Shown here: piece by piece, positions 10,032 through 16,226 of the stretch
How the letters are laid out: each line of letters begins with the position of its first letter
How positions within the stretch are numbered: position 1 is the first letter of the stretch
Source: a virus
Lineage: Duplodnaviria > Caudoviricetes
IMG/VR virus record: IMGVR_UViG_3300043400_000063
Coordinates: 1-32,675 of that record
Length of the DNA stretch: 32,675 nucleotides
Direction: 5' to 3' (one strand)
Translations under genes and position numbers: made by a program
Notes under the pieces: model-generated
Told to the model about the DNA's origin: nothing
The model's database searches: none
The model's input: only the letters and a program-made list of their open reading frames with translations

Positions 10032-10382
10032 ATGATCATAGAATTTTGGACACAAAAGCTCAATCCAATAACGTGCTATAAAATCAACCGAGAGATAAAC
10101 AGAATTCCAGAGCGCATGGATTTAGATCAGTACAAGGAGAAAACGACGGTAAAAAAAAGAAGAGACCCCGCTTCATATCCTACAGGAATATATAATGGTC
10201 CGTTAAAAGGAGCCCACCCACACGCTAGAGGGGTCACAATAGAAGATGTATACGGACAAAAAAACCCTTTTTCGTCAGCGGTAGAAGCAGCAGAATATTT
10301 AAAAATTAAGCCTGGAGCCTTGTACAATATTTTGCGAGGCACACAGAAAAACAAAACCACTTTTAAAATTTATAAATCTTAA
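10032..10382 (+). CDS. Protein with C-terminal NUMOD1-like HTH
   Basis: FSSAVEAAEYLKIKPGALYNILRG. Confidence 0.6.
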   Translation: MIIEFWTQKLNPITCYKINREINRIPERMDLDQYKEKTTVKKRRDPASYPTGIYNGPLKGAHPHARGVTIEDVYGQKNPFSSAVEAAEYLKIKPGALYNILRGTQKNKTTFKIYKS

Positions 10383-10395
10383 ATAATTAAATCAC

Positions 10396-10671
10396 ATGGA
10401 AATCACAGGAATCGTAAAAAGAGTAACAGAGACGAAAACAGTAGGAACTAATGGGTTTCAAGTGCGTGAGGCAGTCATCACGACCGAGGAACAGTATCCG
10501 CAAATACTTGAAATCAAGTTCACACAAAACCGCGTAAACCTCTTGGATGGTATTTTGCCTAACCAAAGAGTAAAAATTGACGTCAATCTAAAAGGTCGTG
10601 AACAGGAGAAAGAAGGCAAATTAATAGTGTACAACTCTATCGAGGGTTGGAAAGTAGAAAAGTTAGCCTAA
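10396..10671 (+). CDS. DUF3127-family OB-fold protein (probable ssDNA-binding)
   Basis: MEITG...EEQYPQ...NLKGRE...YNSIEGWK signature. Confidence 0.8.
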   Translation: MEITGIVKRVTETKTVGTNGFQVREAVITTEEQYPQILEIKFTQNRVNLLDGILPNQRVKIDVNLKGREQEKEGKLIVYNSIEGWKVEKLA

Positions 10672-10886
10672 TGAAACCGCAAACCAAAACGCTCTCGGTA
10701 ATAGAGAGCGTTACCAATACCGTCATCGGATTGGGCACGAGCTTCGGAATACAGCTGTTCATCTTTCCTTACTTCGGAATCTACATCAGCCACGCGACCA
10801 ATGCCAAAATAACTGCTTTGTTTTTTGTCATTTCCTTCTTAAGAAGTTACCTCATAAGACGTTTTTTTAATCAGATAAAAAAATAA
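10671..10886 (+). CDS. Small two-TM conserved phage protein
   Basis: SVIESVTNTVIG...SFLRSYLIRRFFN. ATG overlaps the previous stop. Confidence 0.65.
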   Translation: MKPQTKTLSVIESVTNTVIGLGTSFGIQLFIFPYFGIYISHATNAKITALFFVISFLRSYLIRRFFNQIKK

Positions 10887-10889
10887 AAT

Positions 10890-11066
10890 ATGTACACACT
10901 CGCAGAAATAAGAACCATTTTCAGCAATTGTGCCAATTGGGACGAATTAGAACTCGCTTGTCGCAGCTTCTTGTTTTTAATAGCAGATGGAGCACTGCCG
11001 CTTTCTCAAAAAATATTCATTGCAGAGCAATCACAGAAAAGATTTAAACAAATCGAAAACTTATAG
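10890..11066 (+). CDS. Hypothetical protein (58 aa, not in ORF track)
   Basis: MYTLAEIRTIF...KQIENL fills the gap with 2-3 bp spacing. Confidence 0.6.
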   Translation: MYTLAEIRTIFSNCANWDELELACRSFLFLIADGALPLSQKIFIAEQSQKRFKQIENL

Positions 11067-11068
11067 TT

Positions 11069-11566
11069 ATGTCCAGTCGATATTTAGAAGTCCGTACTGC
11101 TTTGCGCACCGCTAACAAAAGCGATTTGTTTACAGGTAATGTAAATGACATGCACAGCAAACAGGCTGTAAAAGAAAATGTAGTGGTGTTTTATTTGCAT
11201 GAAAAAACCAAGCAAATATCAGGGCCTCATTACACACACACCTACTCCGATTTTCTGCAGCTCTACACGCGATGTGCATTTAACCTAGTCGGAACCGTAG
11301 TGCCGATGCCCGAAGAAGTCACTAACGAGTTCATATTCGACATGGTGTTGCGTCAAGCCAAAGCCGATGATGTAAAAGAAGTTGGTAAATACCTCAAGAT
11401 ACATCAAGTGTACTATATCTACGATGATCACAAGCTCACAGGACCATTGTTTATCGATCACAGCGTAACACTTTTGTATCTCGACAATCTCATCGCTAAG
11501 AAACAATTGTTTGTTCCTAACGAAAGGCAACACTTTCGTAAAAAGGAATTAAAAAAAGCCAGTTAA
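11069..11566 (+). CDS. Hypothetical protein
   Basis: 165-aa ORF in the early operon. Confidence 0.7.
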   Translation: MSSRYLEVRTALRTANKSDLFTGNVNDMHSKQAVKENVVVFYLHEKTKQISGPHYTHTYSDFLQLYTRCAFNLVGTVVPMPEEVTNEFIFDMVLRQAKADDVKEVGKYLKIHQVYYIYDDHKLTGPLFIDHSVTLLYLDNLIAKKQLFVPNERQHFRKKELKKAS

Positions 11567-11583
11567 CATCAAATAAAAAAACC

Positions 11584-11751
11584 ATGACAAAGAATAACAA
11601 ATACAATTATTTCACACTTCTCTATGCAAACGAAGAACTATATGATAAATACGATATGAGAGTAGCCAGACTCTTGTGGTTCTTGATTGGTTTTTGTGCC
11701 AACTTCGTTTTTGTACTAATTACCTCTTACATCACAGGAATTGAATCATGA
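11584..11751 (+). CDS. Small membrane protein (55 aa, not in ORF track)
   Basis: MTKNNKY...LLWFLIGFCANFVFVLITSYI. ATGA overlap with the next gene. Confidence 0.6.
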   Translation: MTKNNKYNYFTLLYANEELYDKYDMRVARLLWFLIGFCANFVFVLITSYITGIES

Positions 11752-12185
11752 TCACAATAGTAGAAAAATGGGGAGCGATGTACTTGTGTTTTGATCAGAA
11801 GGTCAAAATCACACCTACAACGCTCACCACTACCGATGGAATTACTTTGGAGGCAGGCGAAAAAGTAACGCAAATAGGACGTAAAAAAAGAACCATGTTT
11901 GCCTTAAACCAAGGTTTATACATGATCTACGAAGGGATTTATAAAGAAAACAATGTGAAGTACGCGGTTTTCAATTGCCCGGAACACAACGAAAAGCCCA
12001 ACGTGCAACTCGAATTGTTTTCGTCAGGAAAAAAGGAAGTACAGTACCGCTACGTTTTCAGCTGCGTTTTTGTGGGCCGAAAACTAAACAAACTCCTGGT
12101 CCACAAAAACAATTCCTGTAGAGACATAGACGTGAGTAGCATCACGTTTTTAATCAATAATCAAGAAATCATTCATTGTAAATAA
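11748..12185 (+). CDS. Hypothetical protein
   Basis: 145-aa ORF, translationally coupled. Confidence 0.7.
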   Translation: MITIVEKWGAMYLCFDQKVKITPTTLTTTDGITLEAGEKVTQIGRKKRTMFALNQGLYMIYEGIYKENNVKYAVFNCPEHNEKPNVQLELFSSGKKEVQYRYVFSCVFVGRKLNKLLVHKNNSCRDIDVSSITFLINNQEIIHCK

Positions 12186-12191
12186 AAAATC

Positions 12192-12554
12192 ATGAACACC
12201 ACATCCTTAAAAGAACAAATCATAGCTGCTGCAAACAATAGCACTGAGATCAACGGAAAGAATTTCTGTTCCCACACCTTTGAATCTATAATTGATGCTG
12301 TTTTAGAATCTTTTTCATCGGTAAAACCCTTGCCGTGGAAAACCCTGCAATATTCCAAAGGCTTGCAAGCCGTAACCCCTTTTGGAAGTTACTGCATTGC
12401 TCACACTACCAAAGGCATCGAAATATCAAACACCTTCCCCGGCTATCGAAAAGCACCCAAGCAATTCGCCACCACCATAGCAGAAGCCAAGGAAATGTGT
12501 CAAAAAGATTTGGCCAAGCGATTGAAAGGAGTAATCGAATTAGAGATAAATTAA
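12192..12554 (+). CDS. Hypothetical protein
   Basis: 120-aa ORF after AAAAATC-ATG leader. Confidence 0.7.
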   Translation: MNTTSLKEQIIAAANNSTEINGKNFCSHTFESIIDAVLESFSSVKPLPWKTLQYSKGLQAVTPFGSYCIAHTTKGIEISNTFPGYRKAPKQFATTIAEAKEMCQKDLAKRLKGVIELEIN

Positions 12555-12573
12555 TTAAAAAAAACAAAAAATC

Positions 12574-12822
12574 ATGCAAGAATTAGAATCAACAAAAGGA
12601 AAGAAAGTAACAATACCAAAAAGAGTAAAACGATTTGCAGTAGCCTATTATACAAAGTTTAATGGATGGGAAAACTCAATGCGTTTTCATGCAACACCAG
12701 AAAGCGCCTTAGAAGATTTTTTTAGAATGAACGCAAATAGAGAAGGCAATGATTTCAATCCTAAGTTTTACACCGTTTATGAGTTGGAACTAGAGCTTCC
12801 AATAATCGAAGGAGTTGTTTAA
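12574..12822 (+). CDS. Hypothetical protein
   Basis: 82-aa ORF after AAAAATC-ATG leader. Confidence 0.65.
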   Translation: MQELESTKGKKVTIPKRVKRFAVAYYTKFNGWENSMRFHATPESALEDFFRMNANREGNDFNPKFYTVYELELELPIIEGVV

Positions 12823-12829
12823 CGTCATC

Positions 12830-12961
12830 GCATAACGTTGAGCATAACTCTAGTTACGGACTAAGTAAGCCGAAACATTCAGATTAAAACCCGTATCACT
12901 GATACAAAACAATTTATAAATTCAAGACCGATACCGTAATTAGTGTTATGCATTGTTGGCA
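12830..12961. repeat. attC-like hairpin site 1
   Basis: GCATAAC-gttga-GCATAACTCTAGTTACGG ... CCGTAATTAGTGTTATGC-att-GTTGGCA. 132 bp; inner arms complementary at 16/18. Confidence 0.8.
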
Positions 12962-12986
12962 GATCGGTTTTTAATATCTATTATAT

Positions 12987-13436
12987 ATGAAAAAAATACA
13001 CATTAATAACGATGATCATTATGCAACCCCACCAGAATTGTATAATGAATTAAACAAAAGGTTTGATTTTACTTTTGATCCTTGCCCATATAATGAAAAT
13101 GATCATGAATTTGATGGTTTGATCGTTGAGTGGGGAGAAAGAAATTACATAAATCCGCCTTATTCGCAAAAAAGTAAAGAATTGTTTATAAAAAAAGCAA
13201 TAAAAGAAGCTGAAAAAGGTAAATTATGTGTTTTATTGATACCTGTAAGCACATCAACTAAATTATTTCATGATCATATAAAGCCAAACGCTAAAAGTAT
13301 TGAATTTTTAAAAGGTAGAGTAAAATTTGGTAAACGTGATCATAATGGAAATTTTTATTATCCATTAAATTCAAAAGGTAAAATTCAAAGTGGAACGAAA
13401 GATAGTATGATCGTTATTTTCGATGGTCGCACTTAA
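12987..13436 (+). CDS. Phage-type DNA N6-adenine methyltransferase (PF05869-like)
   Basis: YATPPEL, FDPC, W..YINPPYS, VLLIP, GRVKF. Confidence 0.85.
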   Translation: MKKIHINNDDHYATPPELYNELNKRFDFTFDPCPYNENDHEFDGLIVEWGERNYINPPYSQKSKELFIKKAIKEAEKGKLCVLLIPVSTSTKLFHDHIKPNAKSIEFLKGRVKFGKRDHNGNFYYPLNSKGKIQSGTKDSMIVIFDGRT

Positions 13437-13442
13437 ACTGTC

Positions 13443-13573
13443 TGCCAACGTTGAGCATTGTAGCAGTTGTGGTTAGACTAACACGATGTAACGGATAAAG
13501 ACAAATACTAACCGATTAAAAACAAATTATTAATTAAGCCCGATGCCACAATTGCTACAATGCATTGTTAGGG
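13443..13573. repeat. attC-like hairpin site 2
   Basis: TGCCAAC-gttga-GCATTGTAGCAGTTGTGG ... CCACAATTGCTACAATGC-att-GTTAGGG. 131 bp; inner arms complementary at 17/18. Confidence 0.8.
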
Positions 13574-13598
13574 AATCGGCTTTTTAACACGAAATTCT

Positions 13599-14510
13599 AT
13601 GGAATATTTGACAAATAAATCCACTTTCATAAAAATGCAGAATGCGAACTCAGAAGAGGCTATCTTAAAATTAAAAAAAGAAAGTATTGATATTATATGC
13701 ATCGACCCACCGTATTTATATTTAAAAAACCAAAAATTAGAAAGAGAGTTTGATGAAATAAAATTCTTTGAACAATGCAAAAGAGTTTTGACGCAAGATG
13801 GCTTTATAATTATGTTTGGTCGTGGTGTTTCATTTTATAGATGGAATTGCATATTATCTGATTTAGGGTTTACTTTTAAGGAAGAAATTGTTTGGGATAA
13901 AAGAATGACCTCTTCGCCAGTTTCTCCGATTTCTAGAGTTCACGAAACTATTTCTATTTATTGTAAAGGAAAAGCTTCTTTAAAAAAAGAAAAAGTGCCA
14001 TACATTGAACAAAAAGAATTTGATTTAAGTTCAGTTGTCGCGGATGTAAAAAGAATAAAATCTGCCTTAAAGAATCCAATTGATTTTAATGAGATATTGT
14101 CTTTTTTAGAAAAAAGAGAAATTTCACAAAGAGGAGATTTAAAAACAATAGGAAGAAATGTTACGGTTCAATCAAAATTGAAATTACAGGCACAATCTTT
14201 AAAAACGGTTCAGTCTGTTTCTAATGGAATGAGGGAAAAAAGCATAATATCAATTTTAAGAGACCATTACACGTCCATACATCCAACTCAAAAACCTGTA
14301 AAGTTGTTAGAGAGGTTGCTAAAGCTATGTCTACCTAATAAATTCAATGAAACAATATGGGTGGCTGATTTTTTCGCTGGCTCATTTTCTTGTAGTGAAG
14401 CCTGCTATAATCTAGGAGTTAATTTTATTGGTTATGAAATTGATAAAGAGTATTTCGACAAAGGTGTAAAAAGAATGGAAGAAATTCAATTTCAAACTAA
14501 ATTGTTTTAA
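13599..14510 (+). CDS. Beta-class N6A/N4C DNA methyltransferase
   Basis: IDIICIDPPY (motif IV), HPTQKP, VADFFAGS (motif I), GYEID. Confidence 0.92.
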   Translation: MEYLTNKSTFIKMQNANSEEAILKLKKESIDIICIDPPYLYLKNQKLEREFDEIKFFEQCKRVLTQDGFIIMFGRGVSFYRWNCILSDLGFTFKEEIVWDKRMTSSPVSPISRVHETISIYCKGKASLKKEKVPYIEQKEFDLSSVVADVKRIKSALKNPIDFNEILSFLEKREISQRGDLKTIGRNVTVQSKLKLQAQSLKTVQSVSNGMREKSIISILRDHYTSIHPTQKPVKLLERLLKLCLPNKFNETIWVADFFAGSFSCSEACYNLGVNFIGYEIDKEYFDKGVKRMEEIQFQTKLF

Positions 14511-14523
14511 ACAAAAAATAATT

Positions 14524-14664
14524 ATGAGCATATTTCCAGAAAGGTTAATGGGTAGAAAAATACCTATTGAAAATATTCCTAAATTTTATGTAAAAAAAGG
14601 TAAAGTTTATGAAACAAAATCGAATAAAGAAGTTAAACGGAATGTTGTTCAAGCTGTTCCCTAA
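14524..14664 (+). CDS. Small basic protein (46 aa, not in ORF track) in the second cassette
   Basis: MSIFPERLMGRKIPIENIPKF...VQAVP. Its TAA stop lies inside CCCTAAC. Confidence 0.45.
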   Translation: MSIFPERLMGRKIPIENIPKFYVKKGKVYETKSNKEVKRNVVQAVP

Positions 14665-14697
14665 CTACCTACTACACGCCATTCAATAAAGTGAACT

Positions 14698-14931
14698 ATG
14701 AATTTATCCAGCAAAGGCAATAAGTTAGCCGAGTTCTTAGATGAGAAAATGCAAGAGAAAGCATTTACAAATGATGACTTAGTTCATTTTATTGAACAAG
14801 CAGGTAGATATCTCAACTTGCAAACCATTCCGGACTATGCTACACAGCGCCAAATGAGTTACAACGGCGTCAAAAAACATCGTGAGATAAGGAAAATATT
14901 CAATGTAAAGTTTGTAATAGACAACGACTAA
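14698..14931 (+). CDS. Small protein with possible HTH, next to the cassette array
   Basis: 77 aa. LQTIPDYATQRQMSYNGVKK resembles a winged/MerR-type HTH. Confidence 0.65.
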   Translation: MNLSSKGNKLAEFLDEKMQEKAFTNDDLVHFIEQAGRYLNLQTIPDYATQRQMSYNGVKKHREIRKIFNVKFVIDND

Positions 14932-14934
14932 GCC

Positions 14935-14963
14935 AAAACCGCTCCCACCAGAGCGGTTTTTTT
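14935..14963. terminator. Bidirectional intrinsic terminator
   Basis: AAAACCGCTC-ccacca-GAGCGGTTTTTTT between convergent ORFs. Confidence 0.8.
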
Positions 14964-15261
14964 ATTCCACCTTCCACCCTATCGTCATTCTATCCTCGCG
15001 AGAATGGCGTATATGAATTTTATAAGGGATTGATGCGGATAATCGCATCAGTAACGACATACGATACTTGCTCAAAGGCTCGAAAACCTGAAACACACAT
15101 ATCGGTTCCCGATATTTAGTATAGATCACTTGCGTGCAACCTATGCGGTACTCGTTCTCTTTTTTGTACACCTGGACACTTTCTATAGTCGTAGGGTCAA
15201 TTCGCTTGAATATCGACTGCATTTGCGTCAGTTCTGCAGCTGTAAATGTTTTGCCCTTCAT
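14962..15261 (-). CDS. Hypothetical protein
   Basis: Likely start MKGKTF at 15261. Minus-strand TACCTTTG -7 element at 15300-15307. Ends at the terminator. Confidence 0.6.
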   Translation of the reverse strand: MKGKTFTAAELTQMQSIFKRIDPTTIESVQVYKKENEYRIGCTQVIYTKYREPICVFQVFEPLSKYRMSLLMRLSASIPYKIHIRHSREDRMTIGWKVE

Positions 15262-15350
15262 ACAATCAAAATACATTTTTGTAAGACACTCCCAAAAACC
15301 AAAGGTACGCACTTTCTTACACACTTTTACCCCAACCCCCCATTTATAAT

Positions 15351-15604
15351 AAAACCTAGAAAAAAATGTAATTTTGTAATTTCTGCTAAAACCCCCAATG
15401 TTTTCAAGGGGTTTACTATTACATTTTATATTTTCATTTGTAACGTGAATTACAAAAAAAATGTAACATAAAATAAAATTACATTTTTACATTTCTCTGT
15501 TACTGCCAAATTACAAAACCGATGTAATTTAAAAACCCTTATTTTATAAGGGTTGAGAGGGTAAAAAAACCTAAAATTACAAAATTACATTTTTTTCTGG
15601 TTTT
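15351..15604. repeat. Symmetric AT-rich repeat region, candidate replication origin
   Basis: Perfect 25-bp inverted repeat at 15358-15382 / 15574-15598, two internal AACCC..GGGTT palindromes, many TTACA/TGTAA units. Confidence 0.6.
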
Positions 15605-15706
15605 TTTGGAGAAACACAAAAAACTAGAAATAAACTACAGGTATATTATATATCTCTTTTGAGATGATTTTGTAAGAAAAAAATAAACTGTTAGTTGATT
15701 TTTTCT

Positions 15707-15714
15707 TATCTTCG
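15707..15714 (+). promoter_or_regulatory. Putative -7 promoter element
   Basis: TATCTTCG (TAnnTTYG) 17 bp before ATG 15732. Confidence 0.45.
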
Positions 15715-15731
15715 TAAAAATCAATTTTTAG

Positions 15732-16226
15732 ATGGAACTACTTGATAGAGCAAAGATTAATGTAAGGATTTGTGGTGTAGAACTCGCTTTCAACGGTCAA
15801 CTTACGGCTTCTTCCATTCCGGAATGGCAGCCGTTTTATAATTCGGCTATGGTCGATACGGATTTTTCAAAGACGTATGTTGGTATTGCGAGTGTGGCTT
15901 TTGAGGAAACCTCAGAAGAAATTGCTGCAGGAACGCTCTACAAACAAAAAATAGTATTTGCTTTTCCTAATGCCGATGGCAATCGTTCTGAGCGATTGGC
16001 ATTGTTATCCAGGATCAAGTTTGTAAAACTAAAATTGTCAGATGGACGTGATATCGTCATTGGCCGAAACGATTATGTTCAAAACGCACGCCCAAGAGTA
16101 AAGATTGAGGCGAATATTCAAAAAGGTAGCGTGAGTGTAGAGACGGTTTCTATTACTCCAAGTGGTTTTGTTGCCAATGCTCAAGCGTACCAACTACCAA
16201 GTTTCATCCCGTTAACTTTAGAATAA
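15732..16226 (+). CDS. Hypothetical, probably structural, protein
   Basis: 164 aa, beta-rich, coupled to the tail fibre gene. Confidence 0.6.
   Translation: MELLDRAKINVRICGVELAFNGQLTASSIPEWQPFYNSAMVDTDFSKTYVGIASVAFEETSEEIAAGTLYKQKIVFAFPNADGNRSERLALLSRIKFVKLKLSDGRDIVIGRNDYVQNARPRVKIEANIQKGSVSVETVSITPSGFVANAQAYQLPSFIPLTLE

Larger units (their letters stand above)
12836..14664. mobile_element. Two integron-like gene cassettes (12836-13448 and 13449-14664)
   Basis: Complementary cassette ends GTTGGCAGA/TCTGCCAAC and GTTAGGGAA/TTCCCTAAC, each paired with a hairpin site. Confidence 0.7.

Noticed and set aside
10032-10382. Homing endonuclease or intron
   Set aside because: Only a NUMOD1-like HTH; no HNH or GIY-YIG catalytic motif and no interrupted gene
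12574-12836. ORF 12574 as a third cassette
   Set aside because: I found no upstream GTTATGCG-type partner for GCATAAC; it is better read as the remaining half of the insertion site
12830-13573. Hairpins as terminators or CRISPR repeats
   Set aside because: Loops of about 75 nt, no adjacent T tract, gene-sized spacing and divergent arm sequences fit neither
12987-14931. Complete restriction-modification system
   Set aside because: No ORF of suitable size or motif for an endonuclease
15358-15598. MITE or invertible promoter
   Set aside because: No target-site duplication, the symmetry continues outward and inward, and no transposase or invertase is nearby
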